NCBI GenBank assembly: GCA_950097015.1
Contig: CATNEN010000005.1
Coordinates: 1,178,001 to 1,242,000 of the forward strand
Reading direction: 5' to 3'
From: Macrostomum hystrix
Taxonomy: Eukaryota > Animalia > Platyhelminthes
DNA: 64,000 nt
Shown: positions 14,601 to 25,027 of the stretch, one piece after another
Layout of the letters: the number at the start of each line of letters is the position of its first letter
Position numbering within the stretch: the stretch's first letter is position 1
Translations under genes and position numbers: made by a program
The notes under the pieces: model-generated
Databases searched by the model: none
Seen by the model: the letters and a program-made list of their open reading frames with translations, nothing else
What the model was told of the DNA's origin: nothing

Positions 14601-17600
14601 CAAGCTCCGTTAGATTGCGCAGATCGGTTAGACGAATATAATCTGTGGCGCCGCCGCTGCCGCCACCGTAGACAATGTTGGCTAGCAGGCGAACTTCTTC
14701 TAGTAGATCGGCTAGACCGGAGAAGCCGCGCTCTGAGCCCAATTCTAATAGGCTGAGAGCATTGTCAACCTGGGAGCAATGCGAACATAATAAGTAAGAT
14801 AAATACGGGGAGGGTATATAGGGGAGAAAGATAGCGTGGAGAGGAGAAGATGAGACAGATAATTGGAGAAAAGCGAGAGGCAAGGAAGTGGAGAAAGATA
14901 AAAGAGAGAAGTGGGGAAGAAAGTACGTAAGGAAGAGAATAGACGGTAAAGAATATGGAATGAGAGAATGAGAAGGGAAAGAATAGATAGCGGGGGAATG
15001 CGAAGGGAGAGAATAGATAGCGGGAGAATGCGAAGGGAGAGAATAGACAGCGGGAGAATGCGAAGGGAGAGAATAGACAGCGGGAGAATGCGAAGGGAGA
15101 GAATAGATAGCGGGAGAATGAGAAAGTTAAAAAGCAGTTTTGGGAGCACAAACCTGAAGAGACTCGGCTTCAATGTATCTGGCTCGATCGGCCAGCCAGG
15201 CTGACACCTGAGCTGCTGTGAGCTGATCGGCATTGTTAGTCGCAGCGGCAGACGCAGGCGCCTCGGCGTACAAAGCGGCCAATTCAGCCTGGGCTTCATC
15301 GCCGAGGCCGGCAGGAGGCACGGAGCTTAGAGCAGCGCTGCGCAGAGCCCAGTCGTTGGCCAGCTCCGAAGGTATTCGCCTCGGCCAGTCTAGAAGGTTG
15401 GCTTCGCCGATCCGCCGGCCGGGGCTGGGCAGAAGGAATTCGTAGAGGCGCGGACTGTCGCACTCGGCGGCGTTGCTCAGTATGAGCAGCCGGTGCGGCA
15501 ACAATTCGTCGGTATAGTGACTGATCACGTGATCAACAGCGTCGTAGTTGCCTAGCCGGGCGTAGAAGACAGCGAGGCCTAGCGGTGTTTGACGACGAAA
15601 ATCAGCGAATTCGTCGGCTTTGTAGCGCTGAGGTGCCCGATGGCGACCTCCGAGGACCTGATGGATTGTGCGGATGAAAGTTTATTAGCTCTCGCTGAAA
15701 CGTTACTTTTTAAATATAATGTCTCGCTAATTTTCCAAAAATATCCGTTAAATTCGTAGATAAGTTACTTGATCCTGCCGTTGGTTTACTAAAAAAATTA
15801 TTAACCGTTTTTTGGTACCTTAATAATTCACTAGTTGTTTCATTGTAACATTAGTAACGTAGTTGCTTTAGCTAGTACGTGACTTTCAGAAATACCTTCC
15901 TTAAGAAAATTAACTACTATTTATTTATATGTGCTTCTTTAGAATTTGATTTTTTAGATTGCATAACGTTACTAATCCGCAACGTTTACTTCATTGTTAC
16001 TTTTAATATCGCAGTAACTTTTAGTAAAAAACATGACAAATTCTTCCAATTCTAAACTCAACAGTTACATATTCACTATATGAAAAGTTAAATCGTTACT
16101 TTATAATCCGTTACTTTCAATAGAAATTTAAACAAACATTTACCTGTTCATAGCAGTCTAGCCTGTGCAGGTGAGCTAACAATTGTCGCCTGGCTCGAAT
16201 TAGTTCGCGTTGCTCGGGACGCAGATGGCTCCAGTCCACCTTGGCTAGGCGAGTTGAGCGGTATTCCTGTGCGAAAGTACAATGAGCAACTGGTGAAATT
16301 ACTGTATTAAGCTAGCCAATAAGCTTGCGCGACAAGGATAAAATACAAGCATTTTATCTACAAGTGGTATTACTGGATCTAGCTTCCGTCCAGCAGTTCC
16401 CAGCTATAGAACTAGCTTCCACCAAGCATCAATTAACAATGGATCTAGCTTCCATCCAGCAGCACCAGCTGTGGATCTAGCTTCCATCCAGCAGCACCAG
16501 CTGTAGATCTAGCTTCCATCCAGCAGCACCAGCTGTGGATCTAGCTTCCATCCAGCAGCACCAGCTATGGATCTAGCTTCCATCTAGCAGCACCAGCTGT
16601 GGATCTAGCTTCCATCCTGCAGCACCAGCTGTGGATCTAGCTTCCATCCAGCAGCACCAGCTGTGGATCTAGCTTCCATCTAGCATGAACAAGCAATCCG
16701 GCCAGCAAGTCTCACCTCTTCGTTTCTCTTCAATCGCTGTCGCTCCTCCTCGGCAGTCAGTCTCTCGCCTGTATAGTTCATTTCAGCGTAGATGTTAGCG
16801 TCGGTTAGTACAAGCCGACCGTGATCCTCGCCTTCGCCAATCGCCGTTAGACAGTCCACATCGGTGGCTCGCAATCCGAATTCCAGCAAATCCCTAGCCG
16901 AGTCCAAATCCCTCGGCACCCGATGCAGGCACTCGTGCAGCACCCAGTGTCGCTTACTGATGCGAACTAGAAAGTCGTCAATTGCCGAGCGAGTCATCAG
17001 AGACTTCTGCCATTGGCGCTGGTAAACCAGATCGGAATCTAGGCCGTAGTTCCTAGCCAATAGCAGCGCTTCGCCATACTCATCGGAGTCCAGCTTCCAT
17101 TGAAATAGTTCAGCTGGCGAAGTTCGTTTAAAGCACACAATGCGATAATCTCTAGAAGCTGTGAAACGGCAACGCTTCGACGATGAAGGACCATTGTCGT
17201 TAAAATTATCTCCGCCATCAATAGCGAACAGACGTTTCAAACCGACACCCGTAGCCCACAGAAGGCCGTGAGCAGCTCTGTAGGCAGTCTTCGAAGCCAT
17301 GCTCATTAGACCGTCCAGATGACGACGCTCGCCATTGCCTTCGTTGTCGTCATCGTCTTGATCATCTTCGTCGTATTCGGCTAGTAAGTTGTCGTCCGAT
17401 GGTACTGCGTCACCGACCTGGAATGCATAAGAAACTGATGTGTTAAATCAGTTTATAAATCAGTCTAAATGAGTTGATGAGATTAATGCATCACTCGCAT
17501 TGTGCACAGGCTATTTATTTTGTTAATCTTTTTAGCGCCGTATGCGCGTGTGCAGAATGTATAGCTGATGTACCTAGTGATTGTAGCCTAGTGATTAGAG

Positions 17601-20600
17601 CATCGGACTTAAAGGTCGGGAGTTCGATTCCAGATTCCACTCGAACCATTTTTATACTTTAGTAGCAAGACACTAAACTCTGCATTGCTTCAGTTCAACC
17701 AGCTGTTAAATGGATACGAGCACTAGCTGGGGTAATTAGGCCCATTAAGCACCCATTAGGGCCAGCCCACTTCAAGGCTGCACACAGCCTGATAAAACAA
17801 GAAGCAGAAATGCACGAAAACTGACCTCTTCGCCTGACTGAGCCCTGGCCCGTCTGAAACGCCTCTTCCTAACTTCGCATTCCAATATCAGAAACTGACC
17901 AGCCTCAGGCTGAGTGACAGCCGGGTACGGCTCAAACCATTCTGGCGAGGAGCCCATGATTGATTGACAAGTTGCCGCATCCAATAGACTAACTGAGCCA
18001 TTGTTTCTAGCTATGATTAGCACGGCATCTGACCACCATTCAACTCCAGAAGGCTGCTCGTCTGGCTTGCCCGGATACAATCGTCTGGGCACGCCTAGAA
18101 CTCTGGCCCTAGCCAATAATGGACTGCGAACACTGGATAAGCACTGATCAGCTAAGGAGAATGTTGATATTAGATTGCCGGCCGGAAATGTCCACACCGA
18201 GACGCAGCCGTAGGTATAAGCGGCCGCCAGTTTTGACGCGTCCGGAGATAGGGCCATTGCGGTGACGCTGTCGGTGCGGCTGCGATGACGCAACAGAGCA
18301 GAGGATAGAAGGCGGCGTGATCTGCGCAGCTCAACTATGTCTTCTTCTAGAGCCAGAGAGGCCTGAAATCCAGTACAGGTGGAGGAATGTGATGGGAATA
18401 ATGACGGAAACTACAGCGAAACAGGGTGTAATCACAGAATCTCACACCATGGAAATAGGGTGTAATCACCGAATCTCACACCATGGAAACAGGGTGTAAT
18501 CACCGAATCTCACACCATGGAAACAGGGTGTAATCACCGAATCTCACACCATGGAAACAGGTGTAATCACGGAATCTCACACCATGTAAACAGGGTGTAA
18601 TCACGGAATCTCACACCATGGAAACAGGGTATAATCACGGAATCTCACACCATGGAAACAGGGTGTAATCACCGAATCTCACACCATGGAAACAGGGTGT
18701 AATCACCGAATCTCACACCATGGAAACAGGGTGTAATCACGGAATCTCACACCATGGAAACAGGGTGTAATCACCGAATCTCACACCATGGAAACAGGTG
18801 TAATCACGGAATCTCACACCATGTAAACAGGGTGTAATCACGGAATCTCACACCATGGAAACAGGGTATAATCACGGAATCTCACACCATGGAAACAGGG
18901 TGTAATCACAGAATCTCACACCATGGAATCAGGGTGTAATCACAGAATCTCACACCATGGAAACAGGGTGTAATCACCGAATCTCACACCATGGAAACAG
19001 GGTGTAATCACCGAATCTCACACCATGGAAACAGGGTGTAATCACCGAATCTCACACCATGGAAACAGGGTGTAATCACAGAATCTCACACCATGGAAAC
19101 AGGGTGTAATCACCGAATCTCACACCATGGAAACAGGGTGTAATCACCAAATCTCACACCATGGAAACAGGGTGTAATCACCGAATCTCACACCATGGAA
19201 ACATGGTGTAATCACCGAATCTCACACCATGGAAACAGGGTGTAATCACCGAATCTCACACCATGGAAACAGGGTGTAATCACCGAATCTCACACCATGG
19301 AAACAGGGTGTAATCACCGAATCTCACAACATGGAAACAGGGTGTAATCACCGAATCTCACACCATGGAAACATGGTGTAATCACCGAATCTCACACCAT
19401 GGAAACAGGGTGTAATCACCGAATCTCACACCATGGAAACAGGTTGCAATCACCGTTTTCACACCATGGAAACAGGGTGTAATCACAGAATTTCACACCG
19501 GTGAGGATGGTTGCAATGACAAAACTCAAACTAATGAGGGATGTGTGCAATGACCGAAACTCAAACTAATGAGGGATGGGTGCAATGACCGAAACTCAAA
19601 CTAATGAGGGATGGGTGCAATGACCGAAACTCAAACTAATGAGGGATGTGTGCAATGACCGAAACTCAAACTAATGAGGGATGTTTGCAATGACCGAAAC
19701 TCAAACTAATGAGGGATGTGTGCAATGACCGAAACTCAAACTAATGAGGGATGTGTGCAATGACCGAAACTCAAACTAATGAGGGATGTGTGCAATGACG
19801 AAACTCAAACTAATGAGGGATGTGTGCAATGACCGAAACTCAAACTAATGAGGGATGTGTGCAATGACCGAAACTCAAACTAATGAGAGATGTGTGCAAT
19901 GACCGAAACTCAAACTAATGAGGGATGTGTGCAATGACCGAAACTCAAACTAATGAGGGATGTGTGCAATGACCGAAACTCAAACTAATGAGAGATGTGT
20001 GCAATGACCGAAACTCAAACTAATGAGGGATGGGTGCAATGACCGAAACTCAAACTAATGAGGGATGTGTGCAATGACCGAAACTCAAACTAATGAGGGA
20101 TGTGTGCAATGACGAAACTCAAACTAATGAGGGATGTGTGCAATGACAAAACTCAAACTAATGAGGGATGTGTGCAATGACCGAAACTCAAACTAATGAG
20201 AGATGTGTGCAATGACCGAAACTCAAACTAATGAGGGATGTGTGCAATGACCGAAACTCAAACTAATGAGGGATGTGTGCAATGACAAAACTCAAACTAA
20301 TGAGGGATGTGTGCAATGACAAAACTCAAACTAATGAGGGATGTGTGCAATTGACCGAAACTCAAACTAATGAGGGATGTGTGCAATGACCGAAACTCAA
20401 ACTAATGAGGGATGTGTGCAATGACGAAACTCAAACTAATGAGGGATGTGTGCAATGACCGAAACTCAAACTAATGAGGGATGTGTGCAATGACCGAAAC
20501 TCAAACTAATGAGGGATGTGTGCAATGACCGAAACTCAAACTAATGAGGGATGTGTGCAATGACCGAAACTCAAACTAATGAGGGATGTGTGCAATGACC

Positions 20601-23600
20601 GAAACTCAAACTAATGAGGGATGGGTGCAATGACCGAAACTCAAACTAATGAGGGATGTGTGCAATGACCGAAACTCAAACTAATGAGGGATGTGTGCAA
20701 TGACCGAAACTCAAACTAATGAGGGATGTGTGCAATGACGAAACTCAAACTAATGAGGGATGTGTGCAATGACAAAACTCAAACTAATGAGGGATGTGTG
20801 CAATGACCGAAACTCAAACTAATGAGGGATGTGTTGCAATGACCGAAACTCAAACTAATGAGGGATGGGTGCAATGACCGAAACTCAAACTAATGAGGGA
20901 TGTGTGCAATGACGAAACTCAAACTAATGAGGGATGGGTGCAATTGACCGAAACTCAAACTAATGAGGGATGTGTGCAATGACCGAAACTCAAACTAATG
21001 AGGGATGTGTGCAATGACGAAACTCAAACTAATGAGGGATGTGTGCAATGACAAAACTCAAACTAATGAGGGATGTGTGCAATGACCGAAACTCAAACTA
21101 ATGAGGGATGTGTTGCAATGACCGAAACTCAAACTAATGAGGGATGGGTGCAATTGACCGAAACTCAAACTAATGAGGGATGTGTGCAATGACGAAACTC
21201 AAACTAATGAGGGATGTGTGCAATGACCGAAACTCAAACTAATGAGGGATGTGTGCAATGACCGAAACTCAAACTAATGAGGGATGTGTGCAATGACGAA
21301 ACTCAAACTAATGAGGGATGGGTGCAATTGACCGAAACTCAAACTAATGAGGGATGTGTGCAATGACCGAAACTCAAACTAATGAGGGATGTGTGCAATG
21401 ACCGAAACTCAAACTAATGAGGGATGGGTGCAATGACCGAAACTCAAACTAATGAGGGATGGGTGCAATGACCGAAACTCAAACTAATGAGGGATGTGTG
21501 CAATGACCGAAACTCAAACTAATGAGGGATGTGTGCAATGACCGAAACTCAAACTAATGAGGGATGGGTGCAATGACCGAATGAATGTGCAATTACAACC
21601 TAATCTTTATAATAAAGTCTCACCCACCTTGATAAAGGGAAACTCGCTTATCCGGCGCCACAGTTGAATACCGTGCTGCAATGGAGCAGACAGGGTCGGG
21701 CTGTGTCGCATTGTGGTTGAGCCTAGCGCCAGGGTGCCAGAGATCGGGTCGTAGCAGCCGCAGAAGACTGTCTGACCCGCAACTCGATCGCGCAGATTGT
21801 AGGAGCTGAGACACTGCGGCGGCTCAGGCTGCTGCTGCTGCTGCTGTGGAGGCTGCTGCAAATCTAAGAGAAACTGCTTCAACAGACCTGACATTGACAC
21901 GGTGAAAAGTACAATGACACTGCCGGCTGTGGCTTCGCGTCGACTGCCGCTGCTGCCGCCGGACTCCAACATTAGAAAGGCCAGAGGACAGCCAACTGGA
22001 TTATCGGTTACCTGTTTTATTGGAAAGGGTTAATCCTAGTCTCAAACTGATCAATTGCTATCATTATTCCCGGAGAGATGAAACACGGGAGAGATGAGAC
22101 GCTGGAGAGATGACACATAGGAGAGATAAGACAGGAGAGATGAGACAGGGTAGATATAGGACAGGGTAGAGATAAGCCGCGGATAGAGATAAGACAGGGT
22201 AGAGATAGGACAGGGTAGAGATAAGCCACGGATAGAGATAAGAGAGGGTAGAGATAGGACAGGGTAGAGATAAGCCACGGATAGAGATAAGACAGGGTAG
22301 AGGTAGGACAGGGTAGAGATAAGACAGGGTAGAGATAAGCCACGGATAGAGATAAGACAGGGTAGAGATAGGACAGGGTAGAGATAAGCCACGGATAGAG
22401 ATAAGAGAGGGTAGAGATAGGACAGGGTAGAGATAAGCCACGGATAGAGATAAGACAGGGTAGAGGTAGGACAGGGTAGAGATAGGACAGGGTAGAGATA
22501 GGACAGGGTAGAGATAGGACAGGGTAGAGATAGGACAGAGATAGGACAGGGTAAAGATAAGCCACGGATAGAGATAAGACAGGGTAGAGATAAGCCACGG
22601 ATAGAGATAAGACAGGGCAGAGATGAGCCACGGATAGAGATAAGACACATTAGAGATAGGACAGGGTAGAGATAGGACAGAGATAGGACAGGGCAGAGAT
22701 GAGCCACGGATAGAGATAAGACACATTAGAGATAGGACAGGGTAGAGATAGAACAGGGTAGAGCAGGTGTTTAAGGGACCAGAAGTCGGATTTTTTGAGT
22801 GTCAATCGCTGCATATGGGGCTGCGGGACCGACCCAAGTTACGACCCCTCATGAAAATCTATAATCCTAGAATTTAATCTACGACTTAATATATATACAT
22901 ATATCTAATATGTGATCCCATTAGACTCAATCTTTAATCCCAGAATAGAAATGAATGATCCCTTTATATGAAATCCCAAATTCCAGCTATGATCCCGTAA
23001 CTCATTAGCCTCACCTGAATTGGCAGCAATTCACACAATTTCTGCCCCCTAACAGTTAGCACCAACACTCCACCGTCGCTGTTAGCCACGGCGATGCATT
23101 GAGAATTGGCTGACCAGCGAAGCAGGCGCCATTGACAATGCGGATCTGGCGGCGTTGCTATGACAACCAGAGCTTCCTCTAGGCCCTTCTTCAAGCTGTA
23201 TAACTCCAACTGACGACGCTTGAGCAGGGCTAGACGGCGACCATTCGGCGAAGCGGCGATTAGCCAAGGCAGCCGATTGGCTCGATGTTCTTCAACCTCG
23301 GGCGGCACGGAGGCCAGGGATCTTGGCCATAGACTATTTAGCAAGCGGCCAGTAATACTATCGGCTAGCGGGCGAAGCGGTGATGCCGATTTATTACGGC
23401 GACAATCTCGCATATAATCTTCATAATCTTCGTCGATTCTGCTTTCTTTCAGCAGTTTCCGAAAATAATGCAAAGTGTCATCTTCGGCCGATTCCGTTGT
23501 AGACCCGCCGCTAGCCAGGGATTGTGACTGCAGAAGGCTTGAGTCGTCTCGACGGGATCGCATGTGAAATCCTGACGAATTGTCGGTAGGCGAAGCATTG

Positions 23601-23632
23601 AAGTTCCAGCTTTTTAATGCCATTGCGCACAT
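2629..23632 (-). CDS. NBAS: NBAS (neuroblastoma-amplified sequence; Sec39/NRZ tether and NMD factor), 14 coding exons, 2567 aa
   Basis: Exons (minus): 23632-23015, 22011-21628, 18362-17826, 17417-16716, 16266-16144, 15657-15154, 14769-13499, 11249-10686, 9778-9219, 8870-8513, 6767-6169, 6039-5908, 4464-3749, 3264-2629. All are GT-AG and phase-consistent, total 7704 nt. Motifs match NBAS: PPDPHCQWRLLRWS, KLDSDEYGEALLLARNYGLDSDLVYQRQW, WVLHECLHRVP, LLPHRLLILSN..E..SP..YEFLLP, YFNSAAS..DPTIKLARECL, RYEISDWEI..THMEYLF. The exact start codon is uncertain. Confidence 0.93.
3430..3620. repeat. Degenerate ~24-bp minisatellite (AAAAGATCAGAGACACCGCCATTT) in NBAS intron 13
   Basis: About 8 imperfect tandem units. 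Confidence 0.85.
4607..5449 (-). mobile_element. Internally deleted IS630/Tc1-mariner-like element with ~159-bp terminal inverted repeats, TA target
   Basis: 4607-4765 is the reverse complement of 5291-5449 (one mismatch seen), with TA on both flanks. The interior (minus) encodes an N-terminal HTH (MPPRGYYSRISAVNRQRLIAAYQNDADWRHLARMLGIKRQTAANIV). A different frame gives a transposase-like tail (LIDTAVFEITPFKCRQWVNHSLTYMQRCLEAADITE*). No DDE core. Lies in NBAS intron 12. Confidence 0.88.
5640..5842 (-). mobile_element. tRNA-derived SINE family A, copy 1
   Basis: Minus strand begins GTGGCAGAGCCGTTAA (A box) ... AAGTTCGATTC (B box). The ~200-bp body is shared with copies at 8207, 27733, 47860 and 53355. 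It ends in a TGTACACTGC..GCAGATGTACA hairpin. Confidence 0.85.
6805..8195 (-). mobile_element. Decayed 5'-truncated LINE (L2/Daphne/Crack-like) RT C-terminal region with (TAA)n tail, in NBAS intron 10
   Basis: Minus-strand fragments: HKLEINSEKT, IEPVQQWTYLGF, LYASEAWG..IERINFRICKSILQV..T...ARFELGRLPL, FRFRLGNHKL..ET, VENETHILF. Contains stops and frameshifts. AATAAA followed by (AAT)n at ~6805-6830. Confidence 0.85.
8207..8388 (-). mobile_element. tRNA-derived SINE family A, copy 2 (3'-truncated at the LINE junction)
   Basis: Near-identical body to copy 1. A/B boxes GTGGCAGAGCAG and GAGCTCGATTCC. Confidence 0.85.
9800..10620. repeat. 22-bp minisatellite (GGGACGATTCTTAACATTGGTT, variant GAGACGATTCTTAAAACGGGTT) in NBAS intron 8
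   Basis: Tandem periodicity that degenerates toward 10620. Confidence 0.95.
11470..13470. repeat. 33-bp minisatellite (GTCAGCCAGCGAGTCACTAAATATCCCATATTT), ~60 units with higher-order blocks, NBAS intron 7
   Basis: Tandem periodicity. Variant blocks recur, e.g. at 12720 and 13017 (297 bp = 9 units). Confidence 0.97.
14960..15125. repeat. 30-bp minisatellite (GCGGGAGAATGCGAAGGGAGAGAATAGACA), ~5 units, NBAS intron 6
   Basis: Direct tandem units. Confidence 0.9.
16372..16690. repeat. 32-bp minisatellite (CTAGCTTCCATCCAGCAGCACCAGCTGTGGAT), ~8-9 units, NBAS intron 4
   Basis: Direct tandem units. Confidence 0.93.
17575..17720 (+). mobile_element. tRNA-derived SINE family B with CORE-like central domain, copy 1 (NBAS intron 3)
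   Basis: A box TAGCCTAGTGATTAGAGC and B box GAGTTCGATTCC, followed by AGCAAGACACTAAACTCTGCATTGCTTCAGTT, which is shared with 44941-44975. Confidence 0.7.
18400..19500. repeat. 34-bp minisatellite (CATGGAAACAGGGTGTAATCACCGAATCTCACAC), ~32 units, NBAS intron 2
   Basis: Direct tandem units. Confidence 0.97.
19508..21580. repeat. 35-bp minisatellite (GTGTGCAATGACCGAAACTCAAACTAATGAGGGAT), ~59 units, NBAS intron 2
   Basis: Highly homogeneous tandem units abutting the 34-bp array. Confidence 0.97.
22070..22765. repeat. 16-17-bp purine-rich minisatellite (GAGATAGGACAGGGTA / GAGATAAGCCACGGATA) in NBAS intron 1
   Basis: Tandem units. The left end resembles the GAGATGAGACACGGGA unit found inside the hAT MITEs. 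Confidence 0.93.
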
Positions 23633-23749
23633 AATATTTACAAACGCCCTACTAAAGCTACTTTCTCCATACCTAAGTCACTTTGCCATTCTGAAGGCAC
23701 TCTGGTTTTTATAAAGCCATTTATGGCAATTCTAAAGCCAATTACGCCA

Positions 23750-24440
23750 TTCCAAGACACTCTCGCCCTACTAGGACACTCTCGCCATTTTAAGACTTGC
23801 TCTCCTAGGACGCTCTCGCCCTTCAAGGACACCTTCGCCCTTCTAGGACTCCCTCGCCCTTCTAGGACACTCGCCCTCCTAGGATATTCTCGCCATTCTA
23901 AGACACTCTCGCCCTTCTAGACACTCACGCTCTCTTAGGACACTCTCGCCCTTCCAGGACACCCTCGCCCTCTTAGGACACCCTCGCCCTCCTAGGACAC
24001 TCGCCCTCCTAGGATACTCTCGCCCTCCTAGGACATTCTCGCCCACCTACGACAGTCTCGCCCTTCTAGGACATCCTCGCCCACCTACGACAGTCTCGCC
24101 CTTCTAGGATACTCTCGCCCTCCTAGGACACTCTCGCCCTTCTAGGACACTCTCGCCCTTCTAGGACACTCTCGCCCTTCTAGGACATCCTCGCCCACCT
24201 TCGACAGTCTCGCCCTTCTAGGACATTCTCGCCCACCTACGACAGTCTCGCCCTTCTAGGACACTCTCGCCCTTCTAGGACATTCTCGCCCACCTACGAC
24301 AGTCTCGCCCTCCTAGGACATTCTCGCCCTCCTAGGACACTCTCGCCCTTCTAGGACACTCTCGCCCTTCTAGGACACTGTCGGAAAACAAAGCCCTTTA
24401 AGACACTTCTGCAATCCTAGGACACTTTCGCCATTTTAGG
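23750..24440. repeat. 19-bp minisatellite (CTCGCCCTTCTAGGACACT, with 38-bp dimers) between eIF4A3 and NBAS
   Basis: Direct tandem units. Confidence 0.92.
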
Positions 24441-25027
24441 ACACTCGGTCTTTTAACACCGCCGCTCAACATAAGACTATGCTACTATGGTATACGTGTC
24501 TATCTGTCACCGAATAACACTCCTAAAAAACTAATATAAAAGTACAACAAATAAAAACATAAACACCAAGATAATTATCAGCACAGACTGAAAATGAAAA
24601 CTTTACACATACGCGCTGCCAAGCCATTTGTTGGCCGTTGACGAGTGTAACACATGACCAACACTGTATTTAGCTATAATAATAATATATTAGTAAAACG
24701 CACCGTGTGACTATAATGCATAAGAGCCACAGGTAAAACCGGACAATCAAATTTATATTGTATCAAAGAAACATTATTTCAGCTATTCGTAGCCTATAGA
24801 AAACAAGAACAATAGTCTTTTTTCGGGACAACAAAAATGCTTAAAGAACGCAACATACTACTGCAGTGCACAAGTAGTTAGTAATTCCCTAGCCTTACGA
24901 AAATGTGTGAATTTAGTTAATAAGTTTTAAAACAATGGAACAGTTAAAAGAAAGAGAACAGAAGAGAAATTTTAGCGTTTCTCAAATGAGTTTAGTAAAG
25001 AGTCTGTTTAAAAGACAGTTGATAAAA

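Noticed and set aside
15690-16135. GTAAC/GTTAC-rich AT-rich tract (similar at 8940-9200), possibly a MITE remnant
   Set aside because: No definable TIR or TSD; too degenerate to call.
17575-17645. Possible tRNA gene
   Set aside because: It has A/B boxes but no complete acceptor or anticodon stems and continues into a SINE body. The same applies to 6085-6115 and 42130-42212.
9800-21580. CRISPR-like arrays (22-35-bp units)
   Set aside because: Units are head-to-tail with no unique spacers, there are no cas genes, and the context is eukaryotic introns.
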